Assembly: GCA_023250815.1 (NCBI GenBank)
Contig: JAHEZZ010000001.1
Location: 1 to 51,349, forward strand
Source of the DNA: Bdellovibrionales bacterium
GTDB lineage: Bacteria > Bdellovibrionota > Bacteriovoracia > Bacteriovoracales > Bacteriovoracaceae
Length of the DNA stretch: 51,349 nucleotides
Direction of reading: 5' to 3'
Shown: positions 18,958-28,128 of the stretch, in pieces
How the letters are laid out: the number at the start of each line of letters is the position of its first letter
Numbering within the stretch: position 1 is the stretch's first letter
Notes under the pieces: generated by a model
The model's input: the letters and a program-made list of their open reading frames with translations, nothing else
Told to the model about the DNA's origin: nothing
The model's database searches: none
Made by a program: the position numbers and the translations under genes

Positions 18958-19589
18958 AAAATCTTTGGAAAAACTTCTTTAAGGCCTTTGATAATCATTT
19001 CAATCGAGCTTGAAAGCAAAATGATCCCCATAATCCGAGTCATAATATTTAGTCCTACGGTGCCCAGCTTGTTGCCAATATTTCTAGCATAAGCAAAAAT
19101 GAAGTTTATCAAAAACCCCATAACTAAAACGACTATTAGTGCTCCAATCCAAAGGGGAATTGTGTCCAAATCTCTCGATGCAATTATGCAACTTGAAATA
19201 CTTCCAGGCCCGGATAAAAGGGGTATGGCGAGGGGAACTACTCCAACTTCTTTAGCATCGATTTTTTCTTGGATTTCACTGTCACTCATTTTGGATTTAT
19301 TGGCCTGAGCAGAAATCATATTGAAAGCAATTGTCGCTAATAAAATTCCGCCGCCGATGGTGAAAGACGGAATGCTGATTCCAAAAAAACTCAGGATACT
19401 TTTCCCAAGCCAAAGACTGATTATAAGGGTCGCCATGACTGTTATTGAGCAATAACGAGTAAGCCCTTTGAGTTCTTGGGCGTTCATATCTTTGGTTAAA
19501 ATGAGATAGGTGGGGATGGCCCCGAGCGGGTTAAGAATCGATATTAAAGTGATACCTAATTTTAAAGTTGGAACTAGTGGTAACTCCAT
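18954..19589 (-). CDS. marC: MarC-family (UPF0056) integral membrane protein
   Basis: Six-TM pattern and the NPLGAIP motif. The start at 19589 avoids overlap with the upstream GNAT gene. Confidence 0.75.
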   Translation of the reverse strand: MELPLVPTLKLGITLISILNPLGAIPTYLILTKDMNAQELKGLTRYCSITVMATLIISLWLGKSILSFFGISIPSFTIGGGILLATIAFNMISAQANKSKMSDSEIQEKIDAKEVGVVPLAIPLLSGPGSISSCIIASRDLDTIPLWIGALIVVLVMGFLINFIFAYARNIGNKLGTVGLNIMTRIMGIILLSSSIEMIIKGLKEVFPKIF

Positions 19590-19621
19590 AACTAATTTTG
19601 CCACAAAGAAGATAGAAATAG

Positions 19622-20758
19622 CTAGTTTTCTTTGTTGATCAGTTGGTAGATAACATGTTCTTCCCACTTTCCATTTATTAAAATGTAATTTGGGAAATTC
19701 CCACATTTTTGAAAGCCACACTTCTCAAGGACTCGTTCACTTTTTTTATTATGGGGTACAAAACCGGCCTCAATACAATGGAGACCCATTTTTATAAAGG
19801 CATGGTGGCAAATTATTTTCACAGCAGATGAGACAATTCCTTGGCCTTGGCAGTCTTCATCAATATGGTAACCTAAATTGGCGGCCTGGCGAGCACCTTT
19901 AATAATATTGCTTAAAGTGATTTTTCCGATAACTGTTTTATTATCCAGTGCAAATAAAAAAAGACCTAGCGAGTTTCCTAAAAGGCCTTCCTGTAGTTCT
20001 TTAAAAATTTTGTTTGACCAAAATTGTTGATCGAAAAAATGAACCGGTACAGTGGGGATAAAGGGCCGAAAGTGAGCATCATTTTTTTTATAGCAAGCAA
20101 TGATGTTTGGGATATCGCTAGGCCCTGCCTGTCTCATGATAAAAAGATGGTCTTTGTGAAAAAATGTTTTTTTGATTTCGATTTGATCAGTGCTTAGAGC
20201 GGAGAAAACCATGGTGTCCCTGCGTATTTTTGAAATAGCGATATCACTTCGGCGTGTTCCTTCAAAGGTAAATCCCAAACGCAGGGGAACTAGGGCGCTG
20301 ACGATATTTTTACTGTCACAACGTATTTCTGATCTCAGGTACCCCAATTTGAAAAACTCATTAGTAAAAAGCGCTACTGCTCTTTGAATGATGCCTTTTT
20401 TCCAAAAGGGGGGAAAAAGCATATAACCAATTTCGAAAGTGAGGTTGTTAAAGTCAATATTGTGGGCGCCGATGCCTCCGACATACTGACCTTGAAATTC
20501 AATATAAAAATGAAAGGCGATCTTCTCTTCCCATTCAGCTTCAAATTTAAATAGGGATTTTTTTTGCTCTTCGAGTGTATTTGTGAAGTCAATCCAAGGG
20601 AGAAAAGTTCGAAGTTCATGTCTATAGCGGTCGATCATTTCAAATGATTTTTGGGCATCACAAGCTTTGAGTCTTTTGATGCTGATTTCATTGTCTCCAA
20701 AAAGTTCTGGAGGCACGAATTTCAATTTTTCTAAATTGGATCCAGAGTTTTCGCCCAT
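19622..20758 (-). CDS. Tandem-domain GNAT N-acetyltransferase (two RimJ/RimL-like halves)
   Basis: Two repeated GNAT halves, each with an acetyl-CoA loop-like segment (WKKGIIQRA and GQGIVSSA). Confidence 0.7.
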   Translation of the reverse strand: MGENSGSNLEKLKFVPPELFGDNEISIKRLKACDAQKSFEMIDRYRHELRTFLPWIDFTNTLEEQKKSLFKFEAEWEEKIAFHFYIEFQGQYVGGIGAHNIDFNNLTFEIGYMLFPPFWKKGIIQRAVALFTNEFFKLGYLRSEIRCDSKNIVSALVPLRLGFTFEGTRRSDIAISKIRRDTMVFSALSTDQIEIKKTFFHKDHLFIMRQAGPSDIPNIIACYKKNDAHFRPFIPTVPVHFFDQQFWSNKIFKELQEGLLGNSLGLFLFALDNKTVIGKITLSNIIKGARQAANLGYHIDEDCQGQGIVSSAVKIICHHAFIKMGLHCIEAGFVPHNKKSERVLEKCGFQKCGNFPNYILINGKWEEHVIYQLINKEN

Positions 20759-21663
20759 TAGTAATGCCAGGGAAATTGGGTAAATTGACGGGGGCGTTTT
20801 TGTAAAAAAGCATCTCGTCCTTCTTCTGCTTCTGCTGTCCCGTAGGCCAAGCGAGTGGCCTCACCAGCAAAAAGTTGTTGGCCGACAAGTCCGTCGTCAA
20901 TCATATTAAAACCAAATTTTAACATGCGCATGGCGGTCGGTGATTTGGTCAGCATTTCATCTGCCCATTCTAATGCTACTTTTTCTAAATCTTGGTGGGG
21001 GACAACTTTATTCACCATTCCCATATCAAATGCCTCTTGAGCATTATAATTAAGTCCTAAAAAGAAAATTTCCCTCGCTCTTTTTTGTCCAACCATGCGA
21101 GCGAGATAGGCGGAACCATAACCTGAATCGAAACTAGCGACGTTCGGATCAGTTTGTTTGAAAATAGCATGTTCACGGCTTGCAATGCTCATATCGCAAA
21201 CCACATGGAGACTATGACCTCCGCCAACCGCCCAGCCGTTGACTACTGCGACGACAACTTTAGGCATAAAACGGATCAGTCGCTGCACTTCTAAAATATG
21301 CAATCTTCCAAGCTTGGCAGGATCGGGTTTTAAATTTTCAGCACCTTCATATTTGTACCCATCTTTACCGCGAATTCGCTGGTCACCGCCGGAGCAAAAT
21401 GCATGGCCGCCATCTTTAGGCGAAGGGCCATTCCCTGTTAATAAAACAACGCCAACATCGCTCCACATTCTGGCGTGATCGAGGGCCTGATACAATTCAT
21501 CTACTGTAAGTGGCCTAAAGGCGTTGCGAACCTCTTGGCGATTGATAGCAATTCGCACGCAGCCTCGGTCATTGGCCCGGTGGTAAGTGATATCTTGAAA
21601 ACTAAGACCTGGCACTTCACTCCATTCTTGCGGGTCAAAAATATCAGAAACTTTTTTGCTCAT
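20758..21663 (-). CDS. menB: 1,4-dihydroxy-2-naphthoyl-CoA synthase
   Basis: Near-collinear match to my recollection of E. coli MenB (INRPxVRNAFRPLTV, FCSGGDQ, GGGH, QTGPxVGSFD, VGQKxAREI, RxAFxQKR). Confidence 0.93.
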   Translation of the reverse strand: MSKKVSDIFDPQEWSEVPGLSFQDITYHRANDRGCVRIAINRQEVRNAFRPLTVDELYQALDHARMWSDVGVVLLTGNGPSPKDGGHAFCSGGDQRIRGKDGYKYEGAENLKPDPAKLGRLHILEVQRLIRFMPKVVVAVVNGWAVGGGHSLHVVCDMSIASREHAIFKQTDPNVASFDSGYGSAYLARMVGQKRAREIFFLGLNYNAQEAFDMGMVNKVVPHQDLEKVALEWADEMLTKSPTAMRMLKFGFNMIDDGLVGQQLFAGEATRLAYGTAEAEEGRDAFLQKRPRQFTQFPWHY

Positions 21664-21672
21664 AAATTTTTC

Positions 21673-22722
21673 CTATCTCTCATCAATTAACTTTTGTGAG
21701 GCCAAAGTTAAAGCGGTCATTTTATAAAGCAGTCTGCTGCCTACATTGGCATCCCACTCATCTTTTTTTCCTGGGGCCACTTCGACTAAGTCAAGGCCTA
21801 AAATTTCTCGTCCCGATCTAAAAACAGAATAGACGATGGTTAGAAGTTCTTGAAACTCCAGTCCGCCAGGAACAGGTGTCCCCGTATTGGGGCAATATTT
21901 GGGATCAAGGCCATCGATATCGATGGAAATATAAACTTGTTTGGGTAATGAGTCGGCAATTTCCTGCGCAATTTCTAAAAAATTTTCTCCACTTTGTTTT
22001 CGTCTTGCGATGACTTGATCAAAGTAAACTTTGCAACGAGCGGGGTTTTCCGTTATGAAGTGGTATTCCTCCTGACAGAAATCTCTGATCCCGACTTGCA
22101 CTAATTTAGAAACTTGCGGGATTTCTTTTAGCACATTGTACATAATTGAGGCATGGGAGTGTTCAAACCCCATATATTTTTTTCGAGTGTCACTATGGGC
22201 ATCAAAATGTAAAATTCCCATTTGTGGAAATTTTTGAGCGTAGGCCTTTATTGCTCCAAAAGGAGTGGAGTGACCTCCTCCTATTACAATTGGAATTTTT
22301 CCCTGATTTAAAATTTTTTGTGTTTCACTATAAACCCATTGGTTCACTTTTTCTGAAAAATCATTTACTTTCTTGAGCGCCAGTTTTAATTCTTTTTTAT
22401 TTTTTACTTCATGTGCTGAAGCCTTGATAATTTTTTGCGCTAATCTTTTTGCTTTAAGGTTCCATTTTTTTATTTGAACAGGGGACTTTTTCATAAAAAA
22501 TCCCACGCTGTAAGGATCGATAAAATCTAAGTCGAATAAATCCACTTGCGAGCTTGCAAGAGATATAGCATCTGGCCCTTTGGCAGTTCCCGCACCATAT
22601 GAAGTTGTCGCTTCCCAAGGGACAGGAATATAAATCACTTTGCATTCGCTTTCCTTAAAAGGTAGGCCGTAAATTCCTGGGCCTTCAGCTTTGGCGTTAG
22701 GGTCAATTAATTTGTTAGTCAT
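21673..22722 (-). CDS. Arginase-family hydrolase (agmatinase / formimidoylglutamase-like)
   Basis: Mn-binding motifs GGGHS, DAHSD and SIDIDGLDP. Confidence 0.8.
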   Translation of the reverse strand: MTNKLIDPNAKAEGPGIYGLPFKESECKVIYIPVPWEATTSYGAGTAKGPDAISLASSQVDLFDLDFIDPYSVGFFMKKSPVQIKKWNLKAKRLAQKIIKASAHEVKNKKELKLALKKVNDFSEKVNQWVYSETQKILNQGKIPIVIGGGHSTPFGAIKAYAQKFPQMGILHFDAHSDTRKKYMGFEHSHASIMYNVLKEIPQVSKLVQVGIRDFCQEEYHFITENPARCKVYFDQVIARRKQSGENFLEIAQEIADSLPKQVYISIDIDGLDPKYCPNTGTPVPGGLEFQELLTIVYSVFRSGREILGLDLVEVAPGKKDEWDANVGSRLLYKMTALTLASQKLIDER

Positions 22723-23389
22723 GCTCTTGTCCCAATTGTAGTTGCGATCTTATTTCCATCCATATTTCACAGTATTTCCAGGCAGGAGGTGAATTGCTTT
22801 CTTGTTGATGATCTGGCCTTAAGGAAAGATTTCCAGTGGCCAATAAAATTTCTGCTACTTTGGGATTTTGTTTTAATTTTTCCCACATTGCACTTCGAAT
22901 AATTTTGTAATGAGTGCCTTTTTCATTTGTATGGTAAGGGAATTTTTCACCATTAAAGGAGACCCAATCAATATTCATTTTTTTCATTAGAAGACTGGCC
23001 TGGTCGCCGGCCTCTTTTGCTTCGAAGGCGGTCATCTGCTCTACTTGTGCTCTGGTAAATGGCCATTTAATTTGCGGATAAGTAGCACGGGGGTCTTGTT
23101 CATTTTCTGGGTATTTCATGGACTGCCAAAGGCCTTCAACACTGGCGTATTTTTTTCTCTCTAAGAGAAACATAGTTGCGGCAAAGTTAGAAAGAATTCC
23201 TAGCTCGTTTCTTTTAGAAACGATAACTTCACCTGGCCCTGCTTCTTGAGGCAGAATTTCCCATGTCGGAGTGCTGCTGTCTCGAATAACTGGTCTCCAC
23301 CAATGTTCTGGGTATTTCGTGTCGGCAAATAGATTAGGAGTTTGTAAAAGGAGCAGTAATAATGTGCCAAAATATTTTAATAATTTCAT
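22715..23389 (-). CDS. NADAR (YbiA/DUF1768) family protein with an N-terminal signal peptide
   Basis: Signal peptide MKLLKYFGTLLLLLLQTPNLFA. NADAR pattern LSNFAA...Y.SVEGLWQSMKY and the C-terminal LLATGN. It overlaps the downstream arginase-family start by 8 nt. Confidence 0.6.
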   Translation of the reverse strand: MKLLKYFGTLLLLLLQTPNLFADTKYPEHWWRPVIRDSSTPTWEILPQEAGPGEVIVSKRNELGILSNFAATMFLLERKKYASVEGLWQSMKYPENEQDPRATYPQIKWPFTRAQVEQMTAFEAKEAGDQASLLMKKMNIDWVSFNGEKFPYHTNEKGTHYKIIRSAMWEKLKQNPKVAEILLATGNLSLRPDHQQESNSPPAWKYCEIWMEIRSQLQLGQEHD

Positions 23390-23413
23390 GGTATTTTCTC
23401 CGGGATTAAAATA

Positions 23414-23430
23414 GCCGCTTAACTAGCGGC
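23414..23430 (-). terminator. Weak intrinsic-terminator-like hairpin after the O-methyltransferase gene
   Basis: GCCGCT-taact-AGCGGC, a 6-bp GC-rich stem. On the minus strand it is followed by TATTTTAAT. It is the only decent GC hairpin I saw in an intergenic region. Confidence 0.35.
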
Positions 23431-23512
23431 CACTGTCACAAAATACAATATTTTTGGCAAGAGCATATGAAGCAATAACGCTTGGCGTTTGGAGGATATT
23501 TCTGGCAATTGT

Positions 23513-24148
23513 TCAATTTAATTTACGAGTCACACACATCAGGCCATCGCGAATAGGTAAAAGAGTGGTGTAAAGGTCAGTGCGATTGGCCAAAAATTGA
23601 TTTAATTTTTTCAAGTATTCAGTTCGAGCATCTCCATTTTTTTCTAAAACTTTTCCACTCCAGAGACAATTGTCAAAGATCATGATTCCATTTGCTGCAA
23701 GTTTATTAAAGCAGAGTTCAAAATAATTAAGATAATTAGTTTTGTCGGCATCGATAAAAATGAAATCGAATTCTTCTTTGAAAGAGGGAATGATGTCGAT
23801 ACCGCTACCTATGTGAGCGGTAATTTTATGCCCGTGCTTTGATTCTTTCCAAAAATTTTTGGCAATCGCCGTTGTTTCCTCATCCACATCGATGGTGTGT
23901 ACATTGCCATCGGTATTTTCAGCAAGGGCCAGAGCACTGTACCCGGTAAAAGTTCCTACTTCTAAAATATTTTTCGCTCTGATTGCTTTAACTAAAAATC
24001 CCAAATAAGAGCCCACCATTGCCCCTGTTACCATTTGCGGTATGGCCACATTTTTCCAAGTATAGTCTTCAATTTTCTGGCATATATCCGAAGGCCGATG
24101 ACTGTGTAGCAAGCAATAATCTTCAATCTTTTTATCCACCAAATTCAT
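23513..24148 (-). CDS. Class I SAM-dependent O-methyltransferase (family 3, caffeoyl-CoA OMT-like)
   Basis: SAM-binding ILEVGTFTGYSALALA and the FIFIDADK metal/SAM motif. Confidence 0.85.
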   Translation of the reverse strand: MNLVDKKIEDYCLLHSHRPSDICQKIEDYTWKNVAIPQMVTGAMVGSYLGFLVKAIRAKNILEVGTFTGYSALALAENTDGNVHTIDVDEETTAIAKNFWKESKHGHKITAHIGSGIDIIPSFKEEFDFIFIDADKTNYLNYFELCFNKLAANGIMIFDNCLWSGKVLEKNGDARTEYLKKLNQFLANRTDLYTTLLPIRDGLMCVTRKLN

Positions 24149-25062
24149 ATAGATCTCCTTTCATATTGATTAAAAAACTGTTCTAAAATTAAAAAATATT
24201 TTTCTTCACCGGGATTATTTAGCGCCAAAAGTGCAGAAAGAATATTTCCTGCAGCATTAGTGCTTTTTCCTATTTCTTCTATTACTGTTTGTAAATATTT
24301 TAGCCCTTCTAAGTTCATACGTTCGAATGATTTTTGTCCAAATTTTCGCAAAACATGTTCAATTAAAATACCTTTGAAATATTTTATCAAATGAATACAG
24401 TGAGCATTCATATCAGAAAGAACATAGTTTAATTTTTCTTTGTAAATGACATCACTTAAGGTGTTTTCAAATTGAGTGCACTTGAGAGCATTGAGCATAA
24501 AACGGTAGAGTCCAATTTGCCCTTCTTTCCATTCTCCTTTTTTAAAAAAGCAAGCAGCGTGTTCTAGGTCGTGAATGAGAAATTGATAGGCATTTTTGCC
24601 GGCAAATATTTCTTCGTTTAATCTTTCATTTTTGGCGATCATGGTAATACAGCGTTTGCCTTGGGCCTGAAGACTTAGAACTTCTTTTACGTTTGGAATG
24701 TGATTGTATAAAACTAAGGTATCTGGGTTGTCTCGCCAATAGTCCCAGGCCTGTTGTGCTCCTTCGCTCATTCCTCGAAGACGAAAAATTTGCAAAATTT
24801 CATCGGCACTTTGTGGCAAAGGATAATCATGAGCGTAGAACCAACTTAGGTTTAAATAATCTTTGATAAGATAAGGTACTGGCGTTTTTTTTGAAGTATG
24901 ATTGCCAGTAGTTCGCAGGCCCTGGCACCATAACTTCGAGAAGTTTTTTTGCGCCAGAAAAACGAGGTACAATGCAGCGGTGGAATGTTGTGCCAGCCCT
25001 AGATCTCTCAACTGATTGATATCCTCTACTGATTTTATACTTCTCATTTCTGATTTTTCCAT
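24145..25062 (-). CDS. Hypothetical protein (contains HDLEH)
   Basis: Long ORF whose stop overlaps the O-methyltransferase start by 4 nt. No recognisable family. Confidence 0.6.
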   Translation of the reverse strand: MEKSEMRSIKSVEDINQLRDLGLAQHSTAALYLVFLAQKNFSKLWCQGLRTTGNHTSKKTPVPYLIKDYLNLSWFYAHDYPLPQSADEILQIFRLRGMSEGAQQAWDYWRDNPDTLVLYNHIPNVKEVLSLQAQGKRCITMIAKNERLNEEIFAGKNAYQFLIHDLEHAACFFKKGEWKEGQIGLYRFMLNALKCTQFENTLSDVIYKEKLNYVLSDMNAHCIHLIKYFKGILIEHVLRKFGQKSFERMNLEGLKYLQTVIEEIGKSTNAAGNILSALLALNNPGEEKYFLILEQFFNQYERRSI

Positions 25063-25166
25063 AAGACATCTCTACACTATTACATGAGAAAAATAAAATT
25101 CAAATTATTTATTGCTTCAATAAGCAGAAGGTATTACTTTGATATTTACTTTTTCTGGAGAAATAA

Positions 25167-26147
25167 ATGAATACAAGGGCGATCGCTTTGATATTTGTAT
25201 CTTACCTTTATTCCACAGTTCTTCTTTCTGCTGACGTTAAAATTAAAGATAAAGAATTAAGAGAAGCTGCAAAAGCGAACTTTGTGGCCTTGCCTAAAAA
25301 TATTATCGACGTTAAAAAAAATGCGGATCTTATTACACTTGGGAAAAGACTTTATTTTGAAAAGAAAATGTCGATTAATAACAGTATCTCTTGCAACTCA
25401 TGTCATAATTTGGACAAATATGGAGTTGACCTAGAAGCTACTTCGCCAGGGCATGATGGAACGAGAGGGGAGCGCAATTCTCCAACCGTTTACAATGCCG
25501 CACTAAATTTTGTTCAGTTTTGGGATGGAAGAGCAAAAGATGTTGAAGAGCAGGCGATTGGCCCAATTTTAAACCCCATTGAACATGGAATGCCTTCAGC
25601 TGAAGAAGTAATGAAAAGATTGGCCGATGATAAAAACTATGTCGCTCAATTTAGCAAGGCCTTTGGGGGTAATAAAGAGGCTTTTATTTATAAAAATGTC
25701 GGCGTGGCGATCGGGGCCTTTGAGAGGACTTTGTTAACCCCTTCTCGCTTTGATGATTACTTAAATGGTAAAAATAACGCCCTTACAAATATCGAAAAAA
25801 AAGGTCTAAAGAAATTTATTGAAGTGGGCTGCATTGCTTGCCATAACGGTGTCAATATCGGTGGAAATTCTTTTCAAAAATTAGGTGCGGTTGAGGAATA
25901 TTTAAGCAAAGATACTGGGCGCTATCATGTGACCAAAAATGACGACGATAAGTTTTTATTTAAAGTGCCAACCCTTAGAAATATTATTCACACAGCTCCT
26001 TATTTTCATGATGGCTCCTTAAAAATACTAGAGGATGTTATAAAAATTATGGGTAAACATCAGTTAGGTGTAGTGCTCACAAATGATGAGATTGTTTCTA
26101 TCAAAACATTTTTAGCAACACTCTCTGCTAAAAAATTAAAATATTAA
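25167..26147 (+). CDS. Di-heme cytochrome c peroxidase (CCP/MauG family), periplasmic
   Basis: Signal peptide. Two CxxCH heme sites (CNSCH and CIACH). PTLRN and APYFHDGS motifs. Confidence 0.9.
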   Translation: MNTRAIALIFVSYLYSTVLLSADVKIKDKELREAAKANFVALPKNIIDVKKNADLITLGKRLYFEKKMSINNSISCNSCHNLDKYGVDLEATSPGHDGTRGERNSPTVYNAALNFVQFWDGRAKDVEEQAIGPILNPIEHGMPSAEEVMKRLADDKNYVAQFSKAFGGNKEAFIYKNVGVAIGAFERTLLTPSRFDDYLNGKNNALTNIEKKGLKKFIEVGCIACHNGVNIGGNSFQKLGAVEEYLSKDTGRYHVTKNDDDKFLFKVPTLRNIIHTAPYFHDGSLKILEDVIKIMGKHQLGVVLTNDEIVSIKTFLATLSAKKLKY

Positions 26148-26150
26148 GAG

Positions 26151-26178
26151 ATTGGTTTTCTATTGGTTGCAACCAATA
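26151..26178. promoter_or_regulatory. 18-bp perfect palindrome TATTGGTTGCAACCAATA with an extra upstream half-site ATTGGTT
   Basis: Read directly. The palindrome is at 26161-26178 and the additional ATTGGTT is at 26151-26157. It sits between the peroxidase stop and the ygiQ start. Confidence 0.4.
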
Positions 26179-26253
26179 ATATTTACTGCTTTAGTGGTTC
26201 TTGGCAAATTGGGCCTGGTAATCTGGGATTTCTAGTGCTAAGAGCTTAAAGTT

Positions 26254-28104
26254 ATGGCCTATGATTCAATTGATAATTTTAATGAGTTGCCGATCACTGC
26301 TTGGGCGCCTACTACCAAAGAAGAAATAGATAAGAGGGGGTGGGATCAGTGCGATGTGATTTTAGTTACAGGGGATGCTTATATTGATCACCCTGCCTTT
26401 GGCGCTGCTGTCATTGCACGTTTACTTGAAGAAAAAGGATTAAAAGTTGCTATTTTATCTCAACCCAATTGGCGAGATGATTTACGAGATTTTAAAAAAC
26501 TGGGCATACCTAAATATTTTTTTGGAGTGACCTCAGGAAACATGGATTCCATGGTTAATCACTATACTGCGGGTTTAAGATTAAGATCTGATGATGCTTA
26601 TTCTCCCGGCGGACAAGCAGGACTTAGACCTAATTATGCTACTGTAACTTACACAAAAATTTTAAAAAAACTATTTCCCGATAGTCCAGTGATCATAGGA
26701 GGTATCGAAGCTTCACTTCGCAGAGTGACTCATTTTGATTATTGGAAAAATAAATTAGCGCCACCAATCCTTGAGGAAAGTGGGGCAGACCTTTTAGTTT
26801 ATGGTATGGGCGATCAACCGATTGTTCGTTTTGCTGAGCTTTTGATGAAAGGAGTTCCTTTTCAAAGTTTAAAAACTATTCCTCAGACTGCTTTTTTAAT
26901 AGACGAAGATGTGGCCTTGCCTAAAAATAAAGAATGGAAAGATTTTGAGTTAACTTCCCACGAAGAATGTTTACTGGATAAATTAAAGTACGCTAGAAAT
27001 TTTCGTTATGTTGAACAAGAATCAAATAAGCAATTTGCACGGCGATTAATTCAAAAAGTAAATGGAAAAAAAATGGTGATTAACCCTCCCTTTACAACAA
27101 TGAATGAAAAAGAATTGGATGCTTCTTTTGATTTGCCCTACACTCGACTTCCCCATCCCAAATATAAAAAACGTGGAGCTATACCTGCTTTTGAAATGAT
27201 TAAGTTTTCACTAAATATGCATCGTGGCTGTTTTGGCGGTTGTAGTTTTTGCACCATCTCTGCTCATCAGGGAAAGTTTGTCGCCAGCCGCTCGGAAAAG
27301 TCAATTTTAAAAGAAGTGGAAGCAATTACGAAAATGCCGGGTTTTAGCGGCGTGATTAGTGATCTCGGAGGGCCATCGGCAAATATGTATAAGATGAAAG
27401 GCATTGATCAAAATATTTGTGATAAATGTGCGGCCCCTAGCTGTATTTTTCCTATTGTTTGTCGCAATCTCGATACTAATCATGCACCTCTAACTTCCCT
27501 TTATAAAAAAGTGAGAGAAATTCCCAAAGTAAAAAAGGCCTTTGTGGGATCAGGAATTCGCTATGATTTGCTTTTTCACCCCAAAGGTAAATTTCAAAAG
27601 GAAAGCGATGAATACATGGAAGAATTAGTTGCTCATCACGTTTCCGGGAGGCTTAAGGTTGCTCCTGAACATACTGAAGATGCTGTACTAAAACTAATGA
27701 GAAAACCAAAATTTGAATATTTTTTAAAATTTAAGAAAAAATTTGAGCAGATCAATAAATTGTATCAATTAAAACAAGAAATGATTCCTTATTTCATTTC
27801 TTCTCATCCACTGTGCAAGGAAGAAGACATGATGAATTTGGCGCTAAAAACTAAAGAATTAGGATACAAATTAGAACAAGTTCAAGACTTCACACCGACA
27901 CCGATGACACTCGCTACTGAAATTTATTATTCAGGGTATCACCCTTATACTCTTCAAAAAGTGTATTGTGCCATGACTGGTGACGAGAAAATAAATCAAC
28001 GAAAATTTTTCTTTTGGTACAAAGAAGAAAATAAAAATTTTATTAGAAATAAACTCTCTAAGATGAAAAAAATTGATTTAGTGGCCCGTTTTTTTAAATT
28101 CTGA
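26254..28104 (+). CDS. ygiQ: YgiQ-family radical SAM protein (UPF0313)
   Basis: CFGGCSFC cluster motif and YgiQ-type N- and C-terminal extensions. Confidence 0.88.
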   Translation: MAYDSIDNFNELPITAWAPTTKEEIDKRGWDQCDVILVTGDAYIDHPAFGAAVIARLLEEKGLKVAILSQPNWRDDLRDFKKLGIPKYFFGVTSGNMDSMVNHYTAGLRLRSDDAYSPGGQAGLRPNYATVTYTKILKKLFPDSPVIIGGIEASLRRVTHFDYWKNKLAPPILEESGADLLVYGMGDQPIVRFAELLMKGVPFQSLKTIPQTAFLIDEDVALPKNKEWKDFELTSHEECLLDKLKYARNFRYVEQESNKQFARRLIQKVNGKKMVINPPFTTMNEKELDASFDLPYTRLPHPKYKKRGAIPAFEMIKFSLNMHRGCFGGCSFCTISAHQGKFVASRSEKSILKEVEAITKMPGFSGVISDLGGPSANMYKMKGIDQNICDKCAAPSCIFPIVCRNLDTNHAPLTSLYKKVREIPKVKKAFVGSGIRYDLLFHPKGKFQKESDEYMEELVAHHVSGRLKVAPEHTEDAVLKLMRKPKFEYFLKFKKKFEQINKLYQLKQEMIPYFISSHPLCKEEDMMNLALKTKELGYKLEQVQDFTPTPMTLATEIYYSGYHPYTLQKVYCAMTGDEKINQRKFFFWYKEENKNFIRNKLSKMKKIDLVARFFKF

Positions 28105-28128
28105 AAATGAGTATGGCGATTATGCTCT

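Noticed and set aside
19590-19721. N-terminal 44-codon extension of the MarC ORF overlapping the 3' end of the GNAT gene. I judged the N-terminal extensions at 31258-31275, 50875-50916, 14457-14477 and 17821-17832 in the same way.
   Set aside because: In each case a downstream ATG gives a proper signal peptide, TM segment or family N-terminus and a better SD, and it removes an unnecessary overlap.
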